Shown here piece after piece: positions 23,950 through 37,960 of a stretch of 64,000 bases of DNA. The translations under genes and the position numbers were made by a program. The DNA lies in assembly GCA_964252035.1 (NCBI GenBank), contig OZ176203.1, one strand, 5' to 3'. The notes under the pieces were generated by a model. That model searched no databases, was not told the DNA's origin, and worked only from the letters and a program-made list of their open reading frames with translations. The DNA comes from Podarcis erhardii. Taxonomy: Eukaryota. Numbering within the stretch: position 1 is the stretch's first letter; each line of letters begins with the position of its first letter.

Positions 23950-26900
23950 TTATTTATGTCTAAATATAGTTAGATACTTTAAAGGGAATAACTGGAAAGT
24001 ACCAGTGTTTGCTATTGGAGGCTTATGCTTCAGGCTTCATTTTCACAGCATTAAAAGATTAGAAAGTCTTCCCATGCCTCTCAGAGGGTTTCTTCCTAAA
24101 ATGAACATTTGCTGAAGCCTTACTTCATAATGTGTGAGTGAAATACATTGCACAATGGGTTGATAGGACTGTTCAAAGAAGCCTTTGTCAAGCCCTGTGC
24201 TGTGCACAACCAGTGTCTTTAGCGCTAAGCTCTAATCCAACATAGGTTTCCAGTGAGTAGAAGAAAACTGCTTGGCATAAATGGCTGCAGATCTACCTAT
24301 GTGTGCTCTGATGTGCTGTGAGTGTTCTCTGAGCTTCTGCTCCACTTAAAAGGGCACCTGGTGGAATAAAATGCAGTTAGGAAAAAGAGAAAATGTTCCA
24401 GCGTTCCTAACAACATTGTTAAGCTAAAGCTCTTTAAGCATGTGTATACAAGAATGTCGGTGTGCATCTATTAGTAATAATGAGAAAATAGTTTGATACA
24501 CCCACATATCAAAGGAATAAATGCCTTGTCTGCTAAACAGGTATGTCCTCATACTGAATATTGTCTGTGCTATCTAAGACCTGCTTAGACAAGCATTCTC
24601 CTGATCTCCTGACCAAACCTCCTGTTTTCATTGTTTTACCTGCCCTTTTAAACTGCTTTAATTGTTATGTAGTTTTAAAGGCCTTGTTTATTGCAAATTT
24701 TATTTATGGATATTTATTTTAATGCTTTCATGAAATTGTTTTATTGTGGATTTTAATTATGCATGGCCATATTTTCATAACTAGCTTTATATACCTGTAA
24801 ACTGCTTAGAAGCCATTTTGGCAACAACACATCATATAACTTACTGTAGTTTATAGAGACAAGAGTTCTGGGGTTTTTTTTAATAATAAAAAAGGTAAGT
24901 GGAATCCTATAGTCAAATATATGAAGAGTAAATATGGCATAAATGTTGATGCATGTAATAGCTTCTCTATGTGGTAAAATATCAATAGCTGTATATTGGA
25001 GGTATTTATAATGTGTATGCATTTAATTATTTGTTATAATAGTTACTGCTTCTTCTTGAGAGTTAATAAAGTTTAAAATATATAAATACATAAAATATGG
25101 TAAAAGTGTAGCACATGGGGTTATTTAGGGGACTTTGACACATCGCACTAAACAGGCTTTTGGCGTTTCCCAGTCTGTAATAGGAATGGAGAATCAATTT
25201 TGATTTAAAATGTCTTTCCTTCATTCACAAGCTTCACACATACAGACAAATTGTGAGAGAGGGGCTCAAAGAATCACTCCAGGGATTAAAGCTCCCCTCA
25301 TTCCAGAGCATCAGTCATCCTGCCTGGGGCTGATGGAAGCTGGACTCCAGCAACAGCTGGAGAGCTACAGGTTTCTCATCTCTAGATTACACCATTAGGC
25401 TAGAATGGCAGAGGCCTGCATTAAAAATAATACTGCTTCTCTCTCAGCCTTAGCTCTTTGGCTGTGAAATGGGCAAATAAACAATCTACCTCACAGGGCT
25501 GATTGTGAGATCAGAAACTGAGTTTTTAAGCATTCTGTACACTAAACACCTTATAAAGATAGGACTGGGGGAAGCCGTAAAATACTGGTCAAGAAGCTTT
25601 ACTTTGCACTGCAGAGTCTTTTAAAATTAAATAAAACTGGCTGAAAGTGAAAAATTCCTCCTGACACACAAAATGTGAAAAATAAAATCCTTAGTCTCAA
25701 ATGCTAGATACCTAATTTAAGATTCTTCTATTAAGTCAATCTCAACTCTTCACTATTACATTCTATGCAGAAGCACAGAAAAGCTTGCAATTTTAACAAT
25801 TGTGGTAAAATACAGAAGTATGATGTGTCAGATATAAAAATGGGTTTAATTTTGCATTGCCACACAGAAACTCTGTCTTGGCTGTCATGTTCCCATATTG
25901 CCGGCTACGCTGCTTAAAAACAGTAAAGCAACATCAATCTGGGCTATGCTCTTATTCACATCTGTTTTCCATAGAGTCCACATGTCACTGTTTTCTGCTG
26001 GGAGTTCACACATTTCATCCTACAATGGAGTCCCTGCTAAGAAGTCTCCATGTTCTTTTCTCACATTATTCAGTGCTAAGACCTTTGTCTGATTTGATAT
26101 ATAGCTGAAACGCTTTGTTCAGAACCACCTATTCCTGCCTTTGCTTCTACTAAGAAACTCCATGAAACTCCATGCAACCCAGGAATAGAGTTGTAGGGGA
26201 AGGCCGTGGTTTCCATCCTGTTCTGGTTTCATCACAATCAGCTCTGTTTCCATTCTGCCGCACTTTAGCTTCTGCTAAAACCGATACTATTTATCATGCT
26301 ATCTGCTATGGGCAAAACTTACGTAATTAGTTACGTGATTCATTTCTTTATTGATTGCTTTTCAACAAAATATGAACAGAACGTTACGTTTCCCCCAGTT
26401 CCACCCTGCTCCCCATAGAACAGAAAATTAGTATGTCAAGTTTTGCCATAAGTCTGTGTGTGTAGCTGGTAGGTGCCAGTCTTCTGAGTGTGCATTCAAA
26501 TATTTTATAAAGGGGTACCATATTTCAATGAAATCATCCATGTCAGATGTTCTACAATTAATTTACATCAAAAGATAAAAAACAATGTGATTATTTACAT
26601 AGATTCTGCAGACTAAAAAACCTGTAGTGAATGCCAGTCTGAATTGCTTGTGTGATTTCCATTCCTAACCTCTGATGAATATGTGAACTCTGCAGATTTC
26701 CGCCCCGTTTCAATTTCTGATGGCTCTTCCCAACTTTTTTTCTTTTCTTTTATCATTAGAGCAACTGCTAAGGGATCCACTTAAGATTTAGCTTCAGGTG
26801 CAAGGGGGAAATGGGACAGGAGAAAGTTAACAAACACTCCTCCCTCCAGCACCAGTGTTCCAATCAAAATTGAAGTGTTCCATGGCTTCCTTAAAAAGTT

Positions 26901-28321
26901 AAAAAAGAAAAAGAAAACTCAGATGATCTGCGAGACATATGAAGGCTTGTTTGCTGTCTAGGCTGAGACTACATGCCGAAAATGGATTTCATGCTACATG
27001 CCAAAAATGGATTATACAAGAATTGTGTCTTGTTCTTAGCTTTTAACAGCTAATCTGGGACCCAGTAACTTAGCTAGTGTTATTTCCTTTTTATTTCATT
27101 TTTTTTCATTTTGCAAGACTGTATTTATTGATTTTTATTTTGGGAGGGGAAATGACACAAACAAAATATTAAAACAAACAGTACACTCACCAAATCAAAA
27201 CACAGACTGAGTGTCTACCCACAAACCCTGGCATTACAACAAAAGCAAGAGAGTCTGAAATAATTTTGCATATTCACAGTGAAAATTAATAGCAATTTAT
27301 AAGCCTCTTATGTTTGTCTCAGCATCTATGGTTTAAAGCACGCAATCATGCATGGGAATAGCATCCAGCCACATAGATTTTTGAGAGGCAGATGGAAGAA
27401 TCAGACTCTGTTGCTGGCTCACATAAGTTCTGAGAGGGTTCCATGTCCCATCAAACACACTTTTCAGTTTAACTTCCCTCAAACATCTGTTGCTGTTGTT
27501 GCTTATGAACTTTTCCACTCCACCCAACATGCACACTTTGACCCACCCAGCTTTGAAAAATTTTTGTGTGATGTATCTCCAATGATGCGCAATTTCGAAT
27601 TGGGCTTCCCCTAATTAAAAAAATAAAATTAAGGACTGTAGGTTATATTTGCAGTACTATAGCAGATATTTCTTGAAAAACTCTGTCAAAACGATTGTGT
27701 AACAGGGCACTCCCACCACATTTGTAAATACCCACCCCTTATTTCCTTTTTATGTCTGATCTGATGTTTTGGTCTGGCCTGCTCCTGCCCCTCGCCTTCC
27801 TTAAGTATGTTCTGGAATTTAGTTTGAGAGATTCAGATGCTATGGCCTACACCCAGTTAACTCTGTCCCCTTGGACCCTCTGCCAACTAGGTACGGTGTA
27901 TTAGCTTGAATCCTAACTAGGTTTCTGCTAGTAAAAGCTTACCTAGAGCCGAGTTCTACTTACTGGATGCTCCCACCAGCAGAAGGGAACTAACGACCTT
28001 CCATTTCCTTTGCAACACATCCCTCCCGCCCAAATCTGTTCTGATGGGCTGGGGGACCATCTGGAGCAACATGAAAGGCAGTACAAGGAACTGCAATGGG
28101 GAGGGGAAATCAGGAAAAACTGCCTATCCCCAATCCACCAGAGAGGTCCTACACTGGATCTCAATCCCATCTGTGAATAGCAGGAGCCCTTCTGTTTACA
28201 GACATGTCATTAGGATCCTATCCATTGAATGGATTGACACTGCCCTTCCAAATTTTCCAAGTGTCATTAGAAAGGTAGGGAATGGTTTCAGACAGTCCAT
28301 ATGTTAAAACACAAAGGAGTA

Positions 28322-28563
28322 CAGTGGTACCTCGGGTTAAGTATTTAATTCATTCCGGAGGTCCGTACTTAACCTGAAACTGTTCTTAATCTGAAGCACC
28401 ACTTTAGCTAATGGGACCTCCTGCTGCTGCCGTGCCGCCGGAGCATGATTTCTGTTCTCATACTGAAGCAAAGTTCTTAACCTGAAGCACTATTTCTGGG
28501 TTAGCGGAGTCTGTAACCTAAAGCGTATGTAACCTGAAGCGTATGTAACCCGAGGTACCCCTG
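28322..28563. mobile_element. Tc1/mariner-type MITE, 242 bp
   Basis: TIR cagtggtacctcgggtta, TA on both flanks. Confidence 0.92.
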
Positions 28564-29398
28564 TATGTAAAATACTCCTGCTTCTTTTGCGTACCTGAGC
28601 CTAAGTATCTGGAAAGACAGTAGCAATCATGTAGTCAGGAACCAGTGTAAAAGATGTTTAAGACCAACAATTTCAGAGTTTAAACCCAACAATCAGCTGG
28701 TTTTACGTAGGTAAAAAACAGGGCCACTTGAGATCACTGTAATGCCAGCTGATTGACAGGTGAGCAGCTTGGTTCATGTGGGGTGGGGGAAATGAGGCTC
28801 TAGCCCACTGGCTATATCCAGTTCCTCATCCCTTCTATAGATGGAGAAGAGACACTTTATATTATCAGAAAAGAAGCATTCACATTATTATTAGTATTTG
28901 TTGCACTTTGGTGAATGAAAGACAGATTAACACTCCTGTCATGTCAGGCGCCTGCTGCAAGTGGAGAAATTCAGAAAGAGTGTGGATTCTGATTTGCATG
29001 TTTTGTAGTCTCTCTTTCCCTAAAAGCTGTATTTTTAAACTGCCCAGCAGAATAAAAGGCCTTTCTATGGCAAGCTGACCTTTCTCTGGGTTATTCCTGC
29101 CTGAAGCTGAGCCAACATGTGTTGCCTTCCAACTTGGAAAGCTACAGGTATATCAATCTGGGTTTAAACAAACAGGATGTAGTGGTTTCTGGATGGTTTG
29201 AAATGATCAAGAAAATGTATATTTATAAAAACTGGGATATGCAGTTAAGATGGCCAGCAGTAAGGAAGTGGCCTGGGCAGCATGGGGATATTTTTTGTGA
29301 AAACGGGCCAGAGACTGTCTATACCTTAAGGTTAATATACAGAGATCTAATTACAGAGAAGAGGACTTACAATGACAGTGGTCTGCTATTTACAGATA

Positions 29399-29629
29399 CA
29401 GTGGTACCTCGGGTTACAGACTCTTCAGGTTACAGACGCTTCAGGTTACAGACTCCGCTAACCCAAAAGTAGTACCTCGGGTTAAGAACTTTACCTCAGG
29501 ATGAGAACAGAAATTGCGTGGTGGCAGCGGGAGGCCCCATTAGCTAAAGTGGTACCTCAGGTTAAGAACAGTTTCAGGTTAAGAACGGTCCTCCGGAACG
29601 AATTAAGTTCGTAATCTGAGGTACCACTG
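29399..29629. mobile_element. Tc1/mariner-type MITE, 231 bp (opposite orientation to 28322)
   Basis: TIRs cagtggtacctc / gaggtaccactg, TA flanks. Confidence 0.92.
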
Positions 29630-30494
29630 TATATGGGGACTTTGGAACAGTTTATATGTAAGGGTGTTAATACACTGTCAGTGTCCTGGGGTTTAATACA
29701 CAGCAACAGCACATTTACATTGTGAAATGTAAAGTAGCACAATTATCATCCATTCCTAAATAAATTTTGTTTTCCAGTAGTATCATGTATATGCGAATAA
29801 GCCTGGCACATGTATCCGGTCTCAGCTACACCAACACTCATTGCTTTCTTAAAATAATCACAAAATAAACATCATGACATTTAATATATCATATACCTAT
29901 CTCTTATCTAATCTGCACAAAGCTGATGCCATATGGGCTGGGCAAATATATATTTATTTTTTTAACCAATTCTAAGATAAGTCTAACAGGAAATTGAAGG
30001 TTCAGATATCCAACTGGAAACTGATATCCAAGTGGAAATTTGAGGAGTGAAGCCACTGAACCGTTCCCCCCCCCACACACAAACACATGGAGTATTTTCT
30101 AGACTATGTTCATGCTTTCATGTGGATTTGTTAAGTAGACTACAGACTGAATTCTCTCCATTGCTTTGTTTTCAGCCAGCACTTGCCTGCTCTTCCAAAG
30201 ATATTGTTATGAATCTGCAGATGCAAGACAGTCTAAATTCTAGATCAGACTAGTGCCAGAATCTAATTAAAGTTTGAAGTGTTTAATTAAGCTTGTTTTT
30301 AAATCTATGTGTCAGACTATCTAAGAGTTGAAATCTAAGAAAGCTAGTTAAGTAGGCACACTTCTTGTGTTGTGTATTAAACACTGTAATCCTAACCAAT
30401 TCAACAAGTGTTAATGAAGTCAGGCAAACTTCCTTGGGAGGTGACCGCCTGGGAGTATTAACCACTAGGAGTTCAAAACATCAAAGCATATAGG

Positions 30495-30867
30495 TGTTAG
30501 AATACAAATGAATGGAGCCCTCCCTACCTCTGTAGATAAAGAGGGCTTGATTTAGGAAAGGGGTGTGGAGTGTTGTGACAGTTAAACTGGGATGTTGCCT
30601 TGCAGAACAAGAGAGGCTGCAGAGAAAGGATGCTGATACTTCTGCTGTGGAATAAGCTGGTATGTTTTAGGCTGCGGCTGCGGCTGCTGCTGTGAGCCCC
30701 TCCACAAGTAGGCTCAGGATGTATATATGTGTAAATAAGCCATATATCATAAAGACACTATAGTGTCAATTGTTTCTCATTCCCAAAGGAAACACAAACC
30801 CTGGTTAAGTGCCAAGACCCCTGAAATCTCATGCACCACTCAACAGAGATTGGGGTGACCTTTAACA
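30495..30867 (+). mobile_element. Possible solo LTR
   Basis: TGTTA...TAACA ends and a TATA-like/AATAAG segment (gtatatatgtgtaaataagcc); no TSD found, boundaries uncertain. Confidence 0.4.
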
Positions 30868-31207
30868 ATTTTGTGTTCTAGCAGAAGAAAGTTAAGACAC
30901 TTGTGTTGTTGTTCTCTCAGCTTATCTTTCGGCTTTCCAGTCGTACTTATTATTGCTTGGATAACAATCAAATTGAGTGATAGAGAATCTAGGCAGTTCA
31001 AATTAGTTACAGCAGCTGTCTAGCAGCCACAGCAACTCTACCTTATCAAATGCTTTCTGTTTGCTCACTCCACGTAATTTTAAAATTACTGTAACAGTTT
31101 AGCAGGGTGGGTGGAAACTTAATAGTTATTCAGTATAAGTTTGCCTAGCATGCAGAAGGCTAGTACTAAGAATGGTATATAAACCCTATATCCAAAAATT
31201 ATAAATA

Positions 31208-31449
31208 CAGTGGTACCTCGGGTTACATATGCTTCAGGTTACATAGGCTTCAGATTACAGACTCCGCTAACCCAGAAATAGTACCTCGGGTTAAGAACTT
31301 TGCTTCAGGATGAGAACAGAAATAGTGCGGCGGCGGTGCGGCGGCAGCAGGAGGCCCCATTAGCTAAAGTGGTACTTCAGGTTAAGAACAGTTTCAGGTT
31401 AAGAACGGACCTCCGGAACGAATTAAGTACTTAACCCAAGGTACCACTG
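31208..31449. mobile_element. Tc1/mariner-type MITE, 242 bp
   Basis: TIRs and TA flanks as in the other copies. Confidence 0.92.
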
Positions 31450-32149
31450 TAAGGACTGCAATTTACTCTTTTCCTTCACAGAAAATGTGATTTTCCTCTA
31501 AAGCACTTCTATTTACTGAAAAGCACAAAACCCTTACTTAAATCACCACCTATACATGCAATAGAATATACACATGTGTACTCATTGTGCATAGTAATCA
31601 ACACATTAGTTTCATATTTTTTCCTAGGTGAGAATTTCAATTTGATCTTGCCTTATGACTTTCAGGAAATTAAATTAATTAATATGGGGTCATCATACAA
31701 GCTGTTGAGCAAGCTCTATAGCATGAAATGTAACTTTATGCTTTAGAGAGAGATTGCAGACAGATGTTTAAGATTAGGACACCAAGCTGTAAAGCTTCTG
31801 AGCAAGATCCAGATTCTATTCAGGTCAACATCTAGATTCCTAACAATTTCCAACAGCCCAAAATTGCAATAAGAGGCGTCAGCTAAATAATGTGAGATGC
31901 TACATGTTTGGTCATGAATATCACAGTACAATTACAAAGCAAAACACTGTGTGGCCTATTTCAACCTTACGGCCCTGATTTAAAAACCAGTGGTACCATT
32001 CTCATGGTTCTGAAATCCACATGCAAAGACAGCCTATTGGTATACAAGGGTTTTCATAGTAAAAACAACAACATTTCCATACTTGAAAGGCTTCTAATTT
32101 TTTACTTCTGCATTTATTAATTACCTTTTTAGTCTCCCTGTATATGTGG

Positions 32150-32300
32150 CCTCCCCCTATGTATTTTATCTTCAAAACAACCCTGTAAGGTAACCCTGTG
32201 ACTAGCCCCAAAGTCATCAAATGAGTTTCATGGCTGGGTTGAACCCATCTTTCCACAGTCCTAGTCCAACATTGTATATCACTACACCATACTAGCTCTA
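32150..32300 (-). mobile_element. Decayed MIR/CORE-type SINE
   Basis: Resembles 61246-61505 (caaccctgtaagg...gactagcccaaagtca...actacaccatactagctct). Confidence 0.55.
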
Positions 32301-32572
32301 CTAAATGGTCTGCAGGAGCATTTGCCATGATTACTTTCCATCCCTGCTTAGTGTCAGTGATAGCACTTTCAAGAGCGTAACTGCAGCATCACCCCACTGC
32401 AACGCCAATCCTGCTTCCCAGTAAACATGCTTAGAATTGATCTTCCTCAGATGGAAAGAACGGTTTTTTTACCGGAGCTTTTCACTCCTTTCAGGATATT
32501 TCAGTCTTTGTTTCAGCCCTAGAGAATATAAGCAAATTGGTCGAATTTAGGGGGTGGGGGTGCTATCCCAGG

Positions 32573-32731
32573 CAGTGGCGTAGCGTGGGTTGTCAGCACC
32601 CGAGGCAAGGCAAGTAATTTTCACCCCCTAACCCGTGGATTTGCGCCCCCTAACCCTACCCCTAACCCTAACCCTCAGATGTTGCGCCCGGTGCGGCCGG
32701 GCCCCCCTGCACCCCCCACGCTACGCCACTG
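32573..32731. mobile_element. hAT-type MITE (159 bp) with telomere-like core
   Basis: 17-bp TIR cagtggcgtagcgtggg, perfect 8-bp TSD ATCCCAGG; internal ccctaaccctacccctaaccctaaccct. Confidence 0.92.
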
Positions 32732-33947
32732 ATCCCAGGATAATGGAAAAATCTTGGGATGACCCTCTTATTCATATGTAACTGACAATACAATAAAACA
32801 GGACCTTCCATCACAAACCTCCTTGCCATATTACTCAACCTAGTAAGTTGAGCATAATGAAAAATACGCATGAAATCTATAACTAATGTCTATCTTTGCA
32901 TCTGGTTCTGTTCCAATGAATGAAATCTTTATATGTTTTTACATACTCAAATAACATATAGCTGGGGGGACAATGAATTTCTGAGCTTCATAGCCTTTTT
33001 TGAGATGGGTGACTGACAGCTTCCCAGGTTAAAATATTTGTCTACAGTAGTTGCAAAGTATGTCTGCAATCACAGAGACCATGACTTGTCAAATTTTCTT
33101 TACAGTGTTATAGAGAGCAACTCATTAAAATGCAAATAGCTTCTGTCAGGATTTATTGATCCTGATGTCAGCTACCCCCTAAAATAATAAAATGGTTGAT
33201 TTTTATGTTATCTTTGGACCAGAACAGATGAGGAGTGTTCAAAAATAATCACCTTCTAAACAATGCTGAATAATGACAAGGGATCTCAAGGTGTAAAGGA
33301 ATAAATTGCATTACACTTGCAGAATATCAATTTACTCCAATAACAAAAGTACGGTAAATATAAAAAGGGAAATGGTGAAAAAGATCACTGATGGAATGTG
33401 GGGTTATTCTGCGGGGCGGGGTGTTGCTTTTGTTTTACATTTTTCACCTTTGGTCAACAGTTCACTATCCATCTAAAGAGGGAACCAGTTAAACTGTTCT
33501 TCTAAGTGTGACCTTGGAATATGAATACAGCTTTTATTTTTAAAATGTATATCCCGCCTTCTCCCAAACCGTGGCATCAATGCAGCCAGCAACAAATTTC
33601 AGACAGGTTAGCTAGGTGTACAGGAGGAAACAGGAAGAGATACAGGCACAGTGGCATAAGCAAGAAAGGGCAAGGTCATGGCAGTATACTGGGAACAGGC
33701 AGGGGCAGACTAAGGAATATAGTCTGTGAACTGTAGATGTGGCTGATCTCTTGTACGAAATTGTATAAACTGGTGTGCAGGTGGGAAACGAAAGTGATAT
33801 AGCAACAGGAGAGTGTAGAGATAAGAAAGAAGACAATCCATAAAGTTAATTGGGGCCATCAAGGTCCACGGTTTTCTAAAGAGCTGGAGTGGCTCCCACA
33901 ATGTCTGTGGTTCACTTCTGACTTATAACCCTAACAGCAACATGTCT

Positions 33948-34143
33948 CCAGTTACAGATAGGTAGCCGTGTTGGTCTGCCATAGTCAAAACAAAATAAAA
34001 AAATTCCTTTCAGTAGCACCTTAAAGACCAACTAAGTTAGTTATTGGTATGAGCTTTCGTGTGCATGGCATCTGAAGAAGTGTGCATGCACACGAAAGCT
34101 CATACCAAGAACTAACTTAGTTGGTCTTTAAGGTGCTACTGGT
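33948..34143. mobile_element. Penelope-like pseudo-LTR fragment forming a long hairpin
   Basis: 57-bp inverted arms (34011-34067 / 34085-34141, 1 mismatch); 12-bp direct repeat agcaacatgtct on both flanks; sequence shared with 58412-58521. Penelope assignment is from recalled squamate repeat sequence. Confidence 0.75.
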
Positions 34144-34379
34144 AGCAACATGTCTGAAGAGCTGCCTTTGAACAGCTATCATGTGCTTTAAAGTATTGGG
34201 CTGCAGTATAGCTCAAAGGAGCATGTGTTGCCAAGCACGGCTCCTATCAAGTATACATTTAGAGAACAATCCTATACACAAGAAGCTAGCATAAAACAAG
34301 CCAGCATAAACTTGTACCAGATCCAAGCCCCATTCAGGACCAAGGCCCAAACCAATCAGAGGGAAACAAGCCTTTAAAA

Positions 34380-34515
34380 CAGGCATCCCCAAACTCCGCC
34401 CTCCAGAAGTTTTGGGACTACAGCTCCCGTCATCCCTAGTTAACAGGACCAGGGGTCAGAGATTATGGGAATTGTAGTCCCAAAACATATGGAGGGCCGA
34501 GTTTGAGGGTGCCTG
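34380..34515. mobile_element. hAT-Charlie/URR1-like MITE, 136 bp
   Basis: caggcatccccaaact...agtttgagggtgcctg with perfect 8-bp TSD CTTTAAAA. Confidence 0.88.
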
Positions 34516-37348
34516 CTTTAAAACTTACACTGCTCTTTTCCCCAGGCTATGTGAATGAGCTGAACAGAGTTAGGATTGTCCCCTCTGCCCAGTCGTTCCG
34601 AACCACGCCCCCAGAATACCTCTTTTGGGGAACTTATATGTACTGACTTCAGTTTAGCCAGCTGCAGCTCACCTGACTGAGCCCTGACTGACCAAGCCAA
34701 GGTTGGGGTCTTAACACAGACTGAGCCCAGCTGAACCAAGCTCGTTCATTCATTCAGAGATCTGCTGTATCCTAAAGTGCTCACCCAGGCAAATCTTGCC
34801 ATAGGATTGCCCCCATAATCATTCACGCTATCTAGTGATAACTAACCATCTAAGAGAAATAAACACTGTAATGTCAAAGTGCCTTTAGTCTGTCTTGTCA
34901 AAGAGCCCATTGAGGTCTAACTCCGTTCTCTGTATTATTAATCTTAATTCTTATTCACAGCGTAGACATAATGGATCTTTCAAATGACGGCTTTGAATGA
35001 CTATTAAAACAGTATGTCTTTGTGTACAGAATGTAAAAATAAACTGCATCGTATATATATTTAGCATATATCTCAGAAGGTCATGATACACATTTTGAAC
35101 TTACTATGGAAATCAGACATAGAGACAACACTGAGTTCAGACACAGGCAATAACTCTGATTCTGTCAAACAATATATGATGTAATTATATTCATGATCTG
35201 ATGCTGTGTATATATTTATGACATTAAAAGGAGCAAAAGACTTTTTTTTTTAAAGGCATTCACATTCCTAAGAAACAACCATGAAAATGCTACATTTGAT
35301 TCCAAATATTTGATTTAGGCTTCAATGCCCTCTTTGATACCCAATTTGGCATGTTTAATTGTCCACAGTGCATTATTAAATTATTAAAGCCTAGGGAAGA
35401 GTGAATCTGTAAATTTTGGGTTCTCTCAGTTTCTCGTTTTTCCAATCTCAATTTCAGTTCTCCACATTCCCACATTATATTACTTTTTTAAAAAAGTCCT
35501 CGTGGGAGTTCAGCATTTTAGCACAAATTTCTCCTAATATACACATATTTATATGTAGTTCTGCCTGTTGTACACATTTTTAAAAGAAATTTCCCCAATA
35601 TAATACATTTTCTATGTTACTCTCACTAATATATACTTTTTAGGCACACTATGCATTTCTATACACATTACATGGCTGCAGAATTGCATATTGTTACAGG
35701 AAGTGCAAATTAGTTAGGTTCATCTTTAAATATGAACTGAATCAATTTTATCCCCATACTAAGATGTTATAGAATATATTGGGGAAAACAGATATATGCC
35801 CCTGCCTTAAACCTCGTATGTGATGATGGACAATTTATACATATTTGGACCTCATCTGAGCAAATTCTTTGTTCAGTTGGAGTTCTTAAATAATACACAG
35901 GCATGGTTCCCAACTTGAATTTCACTTGCATTGAATGTTGATTCTCACACTGTCGCTAATTCTAAACTGTTATATATAGGAACAAAGGAATCAGCTTTAA
36001 ACAACATAGTTCAGCATTGTCTACTGACTGCCAGCAGCTCTCCAGGGTTTCAGATGGGGACATTCCTAGCACTAGTCTGAAAAATATATCTCCCTGTGCT
36101 CCATAAGAGATTAAGGGCTGGCTTGATTTTGAATAGGACACTCTGCTCAGCCATTTCTACCTCGGAAGGAAGCAGATATTACACTCCATTCCCCAAAACA
36201 ACATCTCTGTCAAGCAGCCCAGGGAAAGAGCAATAAACTGCTGGATCTAACTTTTTATTGAACTATCAAGTGCAGCCCATTTTACAGTAGGGGCATTTTT
36301 TAGGTTGACCCATAACTATAGAAAGTAGATGGATTATAGAAGTTATGGATGCCATTATCGAACGTTTGCCATGCTGTGCAACACTGCCTGGCATGTTCCT
36401 GGCATGATAAACTCATTGCTTAGAAATCATACTGATTTAAACAGGAATCCCTTCTACCTAATAATTATGGCCCCATCCGCACTGTTATATTTTAAAGAGG
36501 CACCATACCACTTTAAACTGTCAAGGCCACTATTCCCTTCACAGAGCTAAAATTCTCAGAGTGCTTTAATTATCAATTCCTCTTCCTAGAGAACTCTGGG
36601 AATTGTAGCTCTGTGAGGGAGAAAGGGCTCTCTTAACAAGCTGCATTTCCCAGGATGCTTTTGGGGAAGCCACGACTATTTAAAGCAGTATGGTGCTGGT
36701 TTAAATGTATAGGCCTTACGGTGGATGCAAGCGATTACTATTTTTACACATGGAATGGAGGAGAACACAAAATATCTATGGAAGATCAGCCTTGTTAATC
36801 CCTGTTTTGTGGAAAAATATTTGGCTTTTTTATCCTCCTTCCTCCCTTAATTTTTTACAGCATCCAAGAGACAGACCAACTATGTCAGAGAAGCTGATTG
36901 GTTTAGCTTACCATCTATCCCATGCAGAGCAGCAAGTGATATTTTTTAATGTATGACAGGTTACATTCTTTCATAATGCTACAGTAATTGAATACACATG
37001 AAACTCCGGTGCACTGTGTGACCTTGAAGTGTGCCACACACATGGGAGCAGAAAAGTTCAATTAACGTGTCACCGCTACTAATAATGGCTATTAGTGAGA
37101 ACCACCAGCCAGTTGCCACACAAAAGGAAACAGTAATCCCAGTATTTAGACAGATAATAGCATGCAGTAAACACCATGGAACCATTGTTTACGTGAGACT
37201 GTTCTAGATCAAGAGCTAAAATGTGCTCCCTTAGGAGTTGTGTGTTTTTTTAAAATTTATTAAATGACTGCATACAATCTCTTTCTCTCTCTCTTTTTCT
37301 TTTTGAATTGTTGGATCATAAATGGCCTAGACAGGGCACAGGGTACGT

Positions 37349-37349
<1 letters not shown>

Positions 37350-37422
<73 letters not shown>
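37350..37422. repeat. (GT)n(GA)n microsatellite
   Basis: Direct reading. Confidence 0.95.
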
Positions 37423-37428
<6 letters not shown>

Positions 37429-37510
37429 ATTTACATTCTTTGTACTCAGGCTACTACAAATGAATGTGTACCATTTGTATTTTTGTATGATTTATTAATA
37501 GGATCACATA

Positions 37511-37752
37511 CAGTGGTACCTCGGGTTAAGTACTTAATTCATTCCGGAGGTCCGTTTTTAACCTGAAACTGTTCTTAACCTGAAGCACCACTTTAGCTAA
37601 TGGGGCTGCCTGCTGCTGCCGTGCCACCGGAGCCCGATTTCTGTTCTCATCCTGAAGCAAAGTTCTTAACCTGAGGTACTATTTCTGGGTTAGTGGAGTC
37701 TGTAACCTGAAGCGTCTGTAACCTGAAGTGTATGTAACCTGAGGTACCACTG
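37511..37752. mobile_element. Tc1/mariner-type MITE, 242 bp
   Basis: TIRs cagtggtacctc / gaggtaccactg, TA flanks. Confidence 0.92.
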
Positions 37753-37822
37753 TATTTGTACAATTTTAAGAAAATGCAATAAACTGGGAAAGATGAAAAT
37801 AAAAGTTTCCATTTCAATCCCA

Positions 37823-37960
37823 TAGGAAGACTGAAAGTACCTTATACTGATTCAGACTATTGGCCCATCCAGCCCCAATTGTTGACACTGAGAGGCAGAA
37901 GCTTCCCCTTCCAGGAAAGTGTCTCTTCCAGCCCTGCCTGGAGATGCTGGCAACTGGACC
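37823..37960 (-). mobile_element. tRNA-SINE with CR1-like tail, 3' part
   Basis: ccttatactgattcagactattggcccatccagc...cagccctgcctggagatgc is the reverse of the 21305 family body. Confidence 0.55.
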
